From: Candidatus Poriferihabitaceae bacterium
GTDB taxonomy: Bacteria; Pseudomonadota; Gammaproteobacteria; Arenicellales; Poriferihabitantaceae
Length of the DNA: 64,000 bases
Reading direction: 5' to 3'
NCBI GenBank assembly: GCA_965261915.1
Contig: CBDHDW010000013.1
Span: forward strand, 1,408,491 to 1,472,490
Within the stretch, counting starts at the first letter, position 1. Each line of letters opens with the position of its first letter. This document shows positions 24,956 through 34,791 of this stretch, piece by piece. The position numbers and the translations under genes are program-made. Below the pieces are notes generated by a model. The model searched no databases. It was not told the origin of the DNA and worked only from the letters and a program-made list of their open reading frames with translations.

Positions 24956-26086
24956 ATGACAGGCACACCAAGTTTTACCCTGGGCATAGAAGAAGAATAT
25001 ATGCTGGTTAACCCCGATACCGGGGATTTGGTTCGCAAGGTTCCGCGGTCCTTGATGCCAGCAATGCGGCGCAAGCTGGGTAAGCGGGTATCGCCTGAGT
25101 TTTTGCAGTCGCAAGTTGAGGTGGGCACGCCTGTTTGCCAAACCATTCAACAGGCGCGAGACGAACTTGGTGATTTGCGAATGCAGGTTTCCGAGGTGGC
25201 GCAAAGTCATGACATGGCGATAATCGCAGCCTCAACACACCCTTTCGCTCAACCCCAGGATCAAGAAATTACCCACAAAGCACGTTATGCAGCGCTGGCA
25301 AACGATTTGCAGGCAGTAATCAGACGGTTGCTGATTAGCGGCCTGCATGTGCATTGCGGAATTGATGATGATGATCTGCGTATCGATTTGATGAATCAGG
25401 CAAGCTACATTTTCCCACATTTACTGGCATTAAGCACTTCATCACCTTTCTGGAAAGGCGAGGATACCGGGCTAAAATCTTATCGTATGTCGATCTGGAA
25501 CGAAATGCCGCGCACAGGATTGCCCCACCGGTTCGATAGCTTCTCCGAATATATGCGCCATGTGAATGTCTTGGTGAACGCCGGTGTTATTGAAGATGCT
25601 TCGAAAGTCTGGTGGGATTTGCGCCCCAGTATTCGTTACCCGACGCTGGAAATGCGTATATCAGATTTGTGTACGACTCTAGACGATACCATCTGCATCG
25701 CCGCGATGTATCAATGTTGGCTGAAGATGTTATATCGATTACGCAAGGACAATAAAAAATGGCGTCTCTATTCGAATATGCTGATCAATGAAAATCGTTG
25801 GCGGGCACATCGATACGGTATCGATCAGGGTTTGATAGATTTTGGCCTCGGCGAAGTGGTCGATTATTCAATTCTTCTGGATGAGATTTTCGGTCATATC
25901 AAACAGGACGCTTCTGAAGCAGGTTGCCTTAAAGAAATTCGGCATGCAAAGAAAATTCTTAAACGCGGCACTAGTGCGCATCGTCAGCTACAGATTTATT
26001 ATAAGTCGCTAGACGCCGGCGATGACCACAGTCATGCGATAAAAGAGGTTGTTGACTGGCTGCGGAAGGAAACGCTGCGTTTTTAA
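24956..26086 (+). CDS. carboxylate-amine ligase, YbdK/GCS2 family (ORF opens at TTG 24917; ATG 24956 preferred)
   Basis: FTLGIEEEYMLV near the N-terminus and GLHVHCGI are GCS2 hallmarks. Confidence 0.8.
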   Translation: MTGTPSFTLGIEEEYMLVNPDTGDLVRKVPRSLMPAMRRKLGKRVSPEFLQSQVEVGTPVCQTIQQARDELGDLRMQVSEVAQSHDMAIIAASTHPFAQPQDQEITHKARYAALANDLQAVIRRLLISGLHVHCGIDDDDLRIDLMNQASYIFPHLLALSTSSPFWKGEDTGLKSYRMSIWNEMPRTGLPHRFDSFSEYMRHVNVLVNAGVIEDASKVWWDLRPSIRYPTLEMRISDLCTTLDDTICIAAMYQCWLKMLYRLRKDNKKWRLYSNMLINENRWRAHRYGIDQGLIDFGLGEVVDYSILLDEIFGHIKQDASEAGCLKEIRHAKKILKRGTSAHRQLQIYYKSLDAGDDHSHAIKEVVDWLRKETLRF

Positions 26087-26169
26087 ACGGTGAGTTTCGA
26101 CGCGATTGATGGGGTGTGAACAAAAACTCTGGGTATCTGGTTGGCAATTTCAATATGTGGTTTTGAAGC

Positions 26170-27660
26170 TCAGCCGCTGCTAAGGGTTTTTTCAAGGGCG
26201 TTGTGCCAACCCGACAGATTCTCATTTCTTAGCCGCTGATGCATTCCTGAGTGACACGTTGCGTTCGCTTTCCAGTTCGAATGAAGATCCTCCAGCGATG
26301 GGTTGATGCCGAGCGCAATACCTGCCAGACTGGCAGCTCCCAATGATGTCGTTTCGATATTCTCTGGTCGTTGTACAGACACGTTTAAAATGTCAGCGAG
26401 GAATTGCAGCAGCCAATCATTCGCCGTCATTCCGCCGTCAACACGAATTTGGCAAATTTCGATGTTGCTGTCTTGTTGCATGGCGTTGATTAAGTCATAA
26501 GACTGGTAACACACCGATTCAAGTGCCGCACGCACCAGTTGCGATTTCCCCGTGTCTCGAGTGATGCCGGTTAAAACACCTCTGGCATCGGCATCCCAGT
26601 GGGGTGCGCCAAGTCCGGTAAATGCGGGTACCAGATAAACGCCGTGGTTATTTTCTGTTTGTTCAATCAGGTTATCAATTTCATCGTTGCTATGAAACAC
26701 GCCAAGCTCGTCGCGCAGCCATTGAATCGTTGTGCCGGCGTTGAAAATCGAACCTTCCAGGGCATAGTTGATTTTCCCATTAATTTGATACGCTACAGTC
26801 GTGAGTAGATGGTGTTGCGAAACCACGGCTTGATCGCCCGTGTTCATGACCATAAAACAGCCCGTGCCATAAGTGCTTTTGGTCATGCCGGGGTTGAAAC
26901 AGGCTTGTCCAATCAATGCCGCCTGCTGATCACCGGCAGCGCCGCATATTGGAATCTCTCTGCCGAGAACCGAGGGATCGGTGACGCCATAGTCATCGGC
27001 GCAGTTTTTGACATCCGCAAGCAGCGATCGAGGAATGTTGAATAGCTTCAGCAAATCACTATCCCAATCACCGGTGTGGATATTAAACAACAGCGTTCGG
27101 CTCGCATTCGTTGCGTCTGTGGCGTGGCTATTGCCGTTGGTTAACCGCCAGATCAGGAAACTGTCCACTGTGCCAAAGCATAATTCACCGTTCTCAGCGC
27201 GTTTTTGCGCACCATCAACATGATCCAAAACCCAGCGGATTTTGGTGGCTGAAAAATAGGGGTCCAGCAGCAGTCCGGTTTTTTCGCGAATCATTTGTTC
27301 ATGCCCCTGTGCCTTTAGTGCATTGCAATAATCTGCTGTGCGTCTATCCTGCCAGACGATGGCGTTATAAATCACCTGCCCTGACTGCCTTTCCCAAACT
27401 AACGTGGTTTCCCGTTGATTGGTGATTCCGATCCCGGCAACGAATGCGTCACTTCCGAGCCTGGATAAGACATCCTTGCAGGTATTCAGACAGGTTTGCC
27501 AGATATCCATCGGCTTGTGTTCAACCCAGCCGTTGTTCGGATAGTATTGATCAAAAGGTTGTTGGGCTGATGTTATTACCGTTCCTGCCGTGTCAAAGGC
27601 CAGTGAACGTGAACTGGTTGTGCCCTGATCTATGGCAATAATGAAGGTGTTTTTATTCAT
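26170..27660 (-). CDS. glpK: glycerol kinase
   Basis: 496 aa. IAIDQGTTSSR, GITNQRETT, GAAGDQQAAL, YGTGCF. Confidence 0.93.
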   Translation of the reverse strand: MNKNTFIIAIDQGTTSSRSLAFDTAGTVITSAQQPFDQYYPNNGWVEHKPMDIWQTCLNTCKDVLSRLGSDAFVAGIGITNQRETTLVWERQSGQVIYNAIVWQDRRTADYCNALKAQGHEQMIREKTGLLLDPYFSATKIRWVLDHVDGAQKRAENGELCFGTVDSFLIWRLTNGNSHATDATNASRTLLFNIHTGDWDSDLLKLFNIPRSLLADVKNCADDYGVTDPSVLGREIPICGAAGDQQAALIGQACFNPGMTKSTYGTGCFMVMNTGDQAVVSQHHLLTTVAYQINGKINYALEGSIFNAGTTIQWLRDELGVFHSNDEIDNLIEQTENNHGVYLVPAFTGLGAPHWDADARGVLTGITRDTGKSQLVRAALESVCYQSYDLINAMQQDSNIEICQIRVDGGMTANDWLLQFLADILNVSVQRPENIETTSLGAASLAGIALGINPSLEDLHSNWKANATCHSGMHQRLRNENLSGWHNALEKTLSSG

Positions 27661-27737
27661 GACGACTATTCTATCCCGAAACGTAATCGGTTTTTAAATA
27701 CCCTATAATTCGGTGAAAGTTTTCCTGAATTCTGAAT

Positions 27738-28129
27738 ATGACCGATTCCTTTGATATAGAACGCGCACGCGCGGAAACCCGAGCCTGTGGCGATAGGGTG
27801 CATTTCAATAATGCCGGATCATCCCTGATGCCAGCGCGTGTGGCAGATTACTTGCGCCGATTTCTCGATAAAGAAGAAATGCTCGGTGGATATGAAACTG
27901 CGGACGCTGAAGCTGAAGCGCTGGAGAATTTCTATCATGCTTGTGGGCGCTTGTTAAATTGTGGCGCACACGAAATCGCCTACGCAGAAAATGCCACCCG
28001 CGCATGGGACATGGCGTTTTACGGGATGAACTTTAAGCAAGGTGATCGAATACTGACGACGATGTCTGAGTACGGCAGTAATGTCATCGCGTATAACCAG
28101 CAGGTGCGAAAAACGGCTGCCGAGCTCGT
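27738..28129 (+). pseudogene. class V aminotransferase (cysteine desulfurase/epimerase-like), 5' part, interrupted by IS
   Basis: VHFNNAGSSLMP...; the frame continues exactly at 30058 after removal of the IS and one TSD copy. Confidence 0.8.
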
Positions 28130-30041
28130 CCTGACTTCGACGGTTCACACTCATAACTCATTGATTTATAAGGAAACACAAAAATACCTAGGCACTACAA
28201 ATGCCCAGATATTGAAGAATTATGTCAATTAGTACAGTGGGTAAGCTGTGGTAATCGCTTTTAATCCCATCACAGCATAGATTTTTTTTGCCTCTGGATT
28301 GATTTGAGAAGGCATGACATAACGCTGTTTGGTGCGCTTGTGTTTGAACACACTATGTTGCACATGAATCAAGGCATTACGAATAACTTCAGGGGATAAG
28401 GCTTTGTGTTGTAGCTTGATTCGATACATTAGCTGTCTGATGCAGGCAAAAGCCATGAACGAAATAGCAATGTGGGCACGCACCCTGGAAGGTGTCCAGT
28501 GGTAGATAGGGCGTACTTTTAAGTCATGTTTAGTGATGCGGAAACTTTCTTCAACCTGCCATAAGCCGCGATAGTGTGATAACACTTCTTGGTGCGGCGT
28601 ATCAGGCAAATTGGTAATCACCCCATGCAAGCCGTCCCAACGGCTTTCGGCATCAATTTTATCCTGGTTGATACTCAGGCTGGTTTTTTCCCTTGATAAT
28701 CAGAAAGATAAACAAAAAGATAATCAGAAACTTTTTATAGCCGTAGTTATTTAATAAGTCCTTGGGATTCTGGCTTTTACCTATTTTCTTGATGAGCCGA
28801 TCGACCGCCTTTTGTCGGTCATGTTGATCTTTATCCGCACGCTTTGGACAATGCGAGACAATGAGCCGTCTCTTCTTGTGCGTCAGCTCGGCTGCGCTTG
28901 ACCCGCCTTTGCCAAGTGCCTGATAAGCTGATTTATCCAATACTTTGGTTTGTAGTGCACTTGGTAATTGTTTTAGTTTCGCTCCGACAATGTAATAAGC
29001 GCCCGCCTCATCCAGGGCGCTTAGATTGTCTTCATTCAACATGCCCCTATCAGCGACAAAGATCATTTTCCTGACATCATAGCGCGCCTGCATCGTCTTC
29101 AAAACGCTGATTAGGCTATGGCCCTCGAAAGTAGCACCGGGGAACACTTCGTAGCCGACCGGCAGGCCTTCATGGGTGACCAGCAAAGCCAGCAATACTT
29201 GCGGCTGATTGAATTTACAGTCCTTGCTGTAGCCATTTTGTTTTAACTCATCTTCCTTGAAAGACTCAAAATACAGTGTCGTACAGTCAAAAAACAACAC
29301 ATCCAACGCACCAGGTAACAAGGATCGCGTGCCTTCACAGGTCATCGCTTGTAGCCGACTGATGGTGTTATCGTCCAGCTGATCCATCATCCGATAAACT
29401 TTCTCTAAGGACAAAGAAACGCCAAAGTCCTGCTCCAGCTGCTGCACACTGCCGCGCTTACTTTTAGGATTGGCAATGCGTGCCATCACACAATGAAACA
29501 GTGCTTCTGTGGAGGCACGATACTTCTTTTGCGGCAACAGGGTATCGAACGACAACTGGCGATAGACCGCGCCATACACCTCATGGATGCCCAGTACCAC
29601 CCGTTGTTCTTCCACCATCTGCATCAGGTCAACATTCAAGGTGGCTTTGGACGCTTTGGCTGCTTTCGCTTCAATAACTTGTTTGGCGACCGCCTCAGGC
29701 GGAAACAAACCGGGCTGGTGTTGGGCTTCAAGCTTCGCCTTGACGACTTCGGCCAGCTCTTTCAATCGCACTAACTCATCGTCATCCATGGCAATGCCGA
29801 TATAACGGACAATCTTTTGCTTGACCTTATCGCCGACGCGCACAGATGAAACAATCTGAACCGATTGTCTTGGGCTATTGGGTGTCGATTTAACGCGAAC
29901 AAACATGGGGTGAGCTTACACCATGCTATCGCCGAAGCCAACACAAATATTAAGATAGGCACTACAAATCGATCTCAACAGAAGACCCCCGTATTGACTG
30001 GGCTGTAGGCGATCTGCGTGGGGTGGACCGTCGAAGTCAGG
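28130..30041 (-). mobile_element. IS1634-family insertion sequence (1912 bp)
   Basis: IRs CCTGACTTCGACGGT(T/C)CAC. 16-bp direct duplication CGGCTGCCGAGCTCGT at 28114-28129 and 30042-30057. Confidence 0.85.
28229..29906 (-). pseudogene. IS1634-family transposase, frameshifted (ORFs 28659-29906 and 28229-28630)
   Basis: N-terminus MFVRVKSTPNSPRQSVQIVSS. The frame breaks at an A6 run (28683-28688). The downstream part reads ...DKIDAESRWDGLHGVITN...LWQVEESFR. Confidence 0.75.
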
Positions 30042-30856
30042 CGGCTGCCGAGCTCGTGTTTGTACCTGATGATGAATTTGGTCAAATTGATGTGAGTGAG
30101 TTGGAAAATCTGGTTGATGAAAAAACCAGATTAATTTCAATCAGTCTGATCCCGACGGGGGGCGGGTTGGTTAATCCGGCTGCAGCGGTGGGTGAAGTCG
30201 CCAATCAGGCCGGTGTACCGTTTTTACTGGATGCCTGTCAGGGAGTGGGGCATATCCCTCTGGATGTTGAAACAATAGGCTGTGACATGTTGAGTGGTAC
30301 CGGACGTAAATACCTGCGCGGCCCACGAGCAACCGGGATGCTGTATATAAAAGAAGCGATGATGGATCAGATTGCACCCCCGTTTCTTGATCAACATTCA
30401 GCAGATTTGATTACACCGACAGAATATAAACTACTGCCGGATGCCAGGCGTTATGAGAACTGGGAGCAGTATTTTGGCGGAAAAGCCGGTTTGGGTGTGG
30501 CAATAGATTACGCCATGGAGTTTGGATTGTCTGCGATTCAACAGCGAATTTATTGTTTAGCGGACATCCTGCGATCAAAGCTTGAAGATATCGATGGCGT
30601 AACCCTAACGGATTTGGGTAAAGAAAAATGCGGTATCGTCACTTTCATCGCCGCCCAAAAAAGCGGTGCGGAAATCAAGGCGGGATTAGCGGCGAAGCGA
30701 ATTAATGTAACGATTTCTGATGGATCCGGCAGTCTGGTATCTTTCCAGCAGCGTGATCTGACAGAAGTGGTTCGTGCATCGGTTCATTATTTTAATTCCG
30801 AACAGGAGATTGATTATTTTATTGAAACGCTAAAAGGAATTCTGGCTGGCCGTTAG
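30042..30856 (+). pseudogene. class V aminotransferase, 3' part
   Basis: LLDACQGVGHIPLDV...LSGTGRKYLRGP (PLP-lysine region). Confidence 0.8.
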
Positions 30857-31050
30857 GATTTCTTTGGCTGGATTTTATTGATGATCCGGCATTCCCTGGC
30901 CGGTGAAGTCACCGTTGAGCGTAATGTCTCGAGACCAGTAGTCACGAGCAGTCACGAGTAGTCAAAGGTTACGATCTATAGAGTGATTGCATTTTCGCTG
31001 GTATCGTTGAATCACGTGAACAACTGAAATTGAATTCGACTGGCGCAAGT

Positions 31051-32238
31051 TTATGAGGTCACAGCTACCAGTGCATCCGAGAAGCGATTAAGCTGATCAT
31101 CATCTTTCAGACCCGCTATGTTCACTCGACCGCCCGCCACTGCGTACACTGCGTGATCTTCTCGCAAACGGTCTACCTGTTCATCTGACAGCACCAGAAG
31201 TGAAAACATACCCCTGTGATCGGCAATAAAGTCCCAACGATCACTATTGGATTTTTCACGCAATACATCGCTCAGTTGTTTGCGTAAAACCAGCATGCGT
31301 CCTCGAGTTTGTTCAAGCTCATTCTGCCAGTTCGCTCTAAGATTGTCGTCAGTCATAATAGCGGCAACCAGCGCCGCGCCGTGATCGGGCGGCATGGAGT
31401 AGGAGCTCCTTGCGTTACTCAGGATATGTGACCGTGCGATATCTGCGGTTTTGCTGTTTTCGCCAAGTAAGAGGGAGCAGCCCACACGATCTCGGTACAG
31501 GCCAAAGTTTTTAGAACAAGAACTCGCAACCACCATGGCTTCGACTTCTTTAGCCATCGCTCGAATACTATAGGCATCTTTCTCCAGTGAGTCTCCAAAT
31601 CCCTGATACGCCATATCAAAGTAAGGGAAAAATCCATTTTTCGCCGCCAGTTTGGCAATCTCATCCCAGTCTGAAGGAGCCAATTCAGCACCAGAGGGAT
31701 TGTGACAACAGGCATGAAATACCACGATGTCGCTTTTCCCCAGAGTCGAAAGTTTGCCCATCAGCGCATCAACATCGACGGTTTTGGTTTTTCGGTTTAA
31801 GTAGGGATAGGCATCAATATCAAAGCCGCTTTGACGAAAAATCGGGTAGTGGTTTCCCCAGGTCGGATCGCTAACCCAGAATTTTCGATCACTGGCAATA
31901 CGATAAAGCATATCGGACAGCATTCTCAGTGCGCCGCATCCGCCGGGTGTCTGGACGGCTCGGATACGATCCATTTCGCCATCTGCAGCGAAAACCAGTT
32001 TGGTTATTTCACGGTTAAAGGTCTCATCCCCTGCAAGTCCCACATAAGCTTTGGTTGTCTGTTCGTGATGAACCTTTTCTTCGGCCAGACGTACCGCTTC
32101 CATGATCGGCGTTTGCCCGTTTTCATCGCGAAATACCCCCACGCCAACGTCTATTTTGTTATCGCGTGTATCAGCACGAAACATGCCCATTAACTGGATT
32201 ATGGGATCCTGTGGGGTGGGTTCGAATTTCTCAAACAT
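31051..32238 (-). CDS. aspartate/aromatic amino acid aminotransferase (class I, AspC/TyrB type)
   Basis: 395 aa. DKIDVGVGVF, CCHNPSG, SCSKNFGLYRDRVG. Confidence 0.88.
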   Translation of the reverse strand: MFEKFEPTPQDPIIQLMGMFRADTRDNKIDVGVGVFRDENGQTPIMEAVRLAEEKVHHEQTTKAYVGLAGDETFNREITKLVFAADGEMDRIRAVQTPGGCGALRMLSDMLYRIASDRKFWVSDPTWGNHYPIFRQSGFDIDAYPYLNRKTKTVDVDALMGKLSTLGKSDIVVFHACCHNPSGAELAPSDWDEIAKLAAKNGFFPYFDMAYQGFGDSLEKDAYSIRAMAKEVEAMVVASSCSKNFGLYRDRVGCSLLLGENSKTADIARSHILSNARSSYSMPPDHGAALVAAIMTDDNLRANWQNELEQTRGRMLVLRKQLSDVLREKSNSDRWDFIADHRGMFSLLVLSDEQVDRLREDHAVYAVAGGRVNIAGLKDDDQLNRFSDALVAVTS

Positions 32239-32325
32239 TGTGGTTTTCCGAAAGATTCAGGTTCAATAACAGGCAGTGGATTTGCCGCAGGTTGTAAGCA
32301 ATCTAATGGTCTTTGTCAACTACCA

Positions 32326-32547
32326 TTGGCGGATGCCTCTTCAGTATTCTATACCGCTTCACTATTGGCAGTGGCGTTTTCAGTCTCCATTCTTGGAGAA
32401 CGGGCAGGTATTCGCCGATGGAGTGCAATTATTGTGGGTCTCATCGGTGTTTTTATTATTGCAAGCGGGTTATATTCTGTGCATCGCGAAGCCAGCCTGG
32501 CGCGTCATCAGGATCGTCAGGAAAAAGCCACCGCCCTGAGGCAATAG
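32326..32547 (+). pseudogene. C-terminal remnant of an EamA/DMT transporter
   Basis: LLAVAFSVSILGERAGIRRWSAIIVGLIGVFII is a typical last EamA helix pair. There is no ATG, and the open frame runs back into the aspC-like promoter region. Confidence 0.35.
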
Positions 32548-32588
32548 GCGACAACGTAATCGAGAGCGTCTAAAAGCCAAGTCTGTTT

Positions 32589-32909
32589 ATGTCAGAAAAT
32601 ATTGTTAAAAGCCAAATAGAAAATCAACTGGTGCCATTTTCACCGATTTATTGCGAGGTCAAAAACGAAAGCGCAATGCATAATGTGCCGGTTGGTTCGG
32701 AATCCCATTTCAAGGTCACCATCGTCTCTGAGCAGTTCAATGGAAAAATGCTGGTGGCACGTCATCGTATGGTTAATGAACAGCTTAAATTACTGATTGA
32801 AGGCTCCGTTCATGCTTTGGCGTTACATACCATGACCCCTGATGAGTGGTTTGAAAAGGGTGGATTAGCGCCCGACTCTCCTGAGTGTCTGGGCGGCGGC
32901 AGTTCTTGA
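32589..32909 (+). CDS. bolA: BolA-family protein
   Basis: 106 aa. NESAMHNVPVGSESHFKVTIVSEQFNGKMLVARHRMV...HALALHT. Confidence 0.88.
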   Translation: MSENIVKSQIENQLVPFSPIYCEVKNESAMHNVPVGSESHFKVTIVSEQFNGKMLVARHRMVNEQLKLLIEGSVHALALHTMTPDEWFEKGGLAPDSPECLGGGSS

Positions 32910-32948
32910 GCAGTTAACTGTCGACAATAACAAACACGATAATTTGCA

Positions 32949-33731
32949 ATGAGTTGGTGGGGAAAAGTTGTTGGCGGAACATTTGGATTCCTGATTGGCG
33001 GACCCCTCGGTGCGTTATTGGGGGCATCGCTCGGGCATTCGCTCGATAATAGTTTTAGTAACGCCAGCGGTTATCTGCCGGGAGATCAGGAACGCACACA
33101 GGCGGCATTCTTTACCGCGACGTTTTCGATTATGGGCTACGTGTCGAAAGCGGATGGTCGTGTAACGCAGGATGAGATTACGCTTGCGCAAAGTATTATG
33201 GCGCAGATGCAACTGGATTCAACCCAGCAGAGAGCCGCAATAGAACTCTTTAACAGTGGCAAGTCCGAGGATTTTCAGATTGACCCGGTGCTGAATCAAT
33301 TTCGCAGGGAATGCCATCGACGTTCAACACTACTGCAAATGTTTCTTGAGATACAGGTCCATGCGGCTTTTGCAGACGGCAGCTTAGACCCAAAAGAAAA
33401 TCAGGTTTTACACGACATCGCTCAACAACTTGGTTTTCGACCTGGCGATGTAAATTTGATTATTGAAATGGTTCGCGGCGGCGCTCAATCTGGTGCAAAT
33501 GCAGGGGCTCAATCGCAAACCAATATGGCAGACCCCTACAAGGTGTTAGGGGTATCTCCTGAAACGCCTTTGGCGGAAATTAAAAAAGCTTACCGCAGGC
33601 TTCTCAGTCAGCATCATCCTGACAAGCTGGTTTCAAAAGGATTGCCTGAAGAAATGATTAAGCTGGCGAATCAAAAAACCCATGAAATTCGGCAAGCCTG
33701 GAAAACCATTCAGAGAAATCATCAAACATGA
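32949..33731 (+). CDS. djlA: co-chaperone DjlA
   Basis: N-terminal TM, TerB-like middle domain, C-terminal J domain DPYKVLGV...YRRLLSQHHPDK. Confidence 0.88.
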   Translation: MSWWGKVVGGTFGFLIGGPLGALLGASLGHSLDNSFSNASGYLPGDQERTQAAFFTATFSIMGYVSKADGRVTQDEITLAQSIMAQMQLDSTQQRAAIELFNSGKSEDFQIDPVLNQFRRECHRRSTLLQMFLEIQVHAAFADGSLDPKENQVLHDIAQQLGFRPGDVNLIIEMVRGGAQSGANAGAQSQTNMADPYKVLGVSPETPLAEIKKAYRRLLSQHHPDKLVSKGLPEEMIKLANQKTHEIRQAWKTIQRNHQT

Positions 33732-33783
33732 TGCGCGGAATCAGTTTTATTGTTGAATCTGGCTCGACCAGCACCGACTAACC

Positions 33784-34551
33784 ATGTGTCGAATCGCAAC
33801 TTATCTTGGGCCGGAAATTCCGTTACAAAACATTGTTACCGGACCTGTGCACTCTTTACTTTCCCAGAGCCGCGATGCGGCGGAATCGAAGGTAAACCTG
33901 AATGGTGATGGCTTTGGAATTGCCTGGTATGGAGATCTTAAAGAGCCTGGTTTGTATCGAGAGGTACTGCCCGCGTGGTCTGACGAGAATCTCACCAATA
34001 TATGCCGGATGATGCGCTCAAATCTGTTTATCGCGCATGTTCGTGCGTCGACCATTGGTGAAACCATGCGATCGAACTGCCATCCGTTTGTCTACGAAAA
34101 CTGGAGTTTTGCCCATAATGGTCAAATTGGGGGATTTGATTTGATGCAGCGTCAGCTTGAATCGGAATTGTCCGATGATCTTTATCTGTCTCGCCGTGGC
34201 ACGACGGATTCAGAGTTGCTTTTTCTGACACTGCTAAATTGTGGGTTAGGTGAATCTCCTGGGACGGCTTGCAGCCGAGTTATTGAAAAGCTCGAAGGTC
34301 TACGAACTGTACACGCAATCTCCGCACCATTGAGATTGACGTTTGTATTCTCCAATGGTCAAGAGCTATTCGGCGTTCGCTACGCTTCGGATCGATTCAG
34401 TCCCACCTTGTACTATTCAAACCAACTGGATAACAATGGCTTTTCATTGTCTTCGGAACCGTTGGATGGTGTGGTGAGTAACTGGACGAAGATTCAATCT
34501 TCTTCTTTTGTTCAAGTCTCTAAAAACGGAATCCAACTCGAACCATTCTAG
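33784..34551 (+). CDS. class II glutamine amidotransferase (YafJ/EgtC-like)
   Basis: Starts MCRI (catalytic Cys2), then NGDGFGIAWY, HVRAST, HPF. Confidence 0.8.
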   Translation: MCRIATYLGPEIPLQNIVTGPVHSLLSQSRDAAESKVNLNGDGFGIAWYGDLKEPGLYREVLPAWSDENLTNICRMMRSNLFIAHVRASTIGETMRSNCHPFVYENWSFAHNGQIGGFDLMQRQLESELSDDLYLSRRGTTDSELLFLTLLNCGLGESPGTACSRVIEKLEGLRTVHAISAPLRLTFVFSNGQELFGVRYASDRFSPTLYYSNQLDNNGFSLSSEPLDGVVSNWTKIQSSSFVQVSKNGIQLEPF

Positions 34552-34791
34552 TCCCGTTTTTATACAATTTCCCACCAGAATAGCGAAAGACAAACATGTA
34601 AATGCACTGATTTGGGCGATATTGGACCAAGGCGCAATTTTCTATGAATTTATCTCCGTTTCAGCGACTTTTTGTGGTTGAAAAACCTGTTTTAAGACAC
34701 CATTTGATGTATCATCGCGCCCGCTTCGGAAATGCTCGGATCGGTATCGCCGAATTCTCTAAAATTTGCGCTAATTCAAACATTTAAAGCC

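Noticed and set aside
30937-30966. Short direct repeats AGTCACGAG x2 (+ TAGTCA) downstream of the aminotransferase gene
   Set aside because: It is a very short, isolated micro-repeat with no associated structure or ORF.
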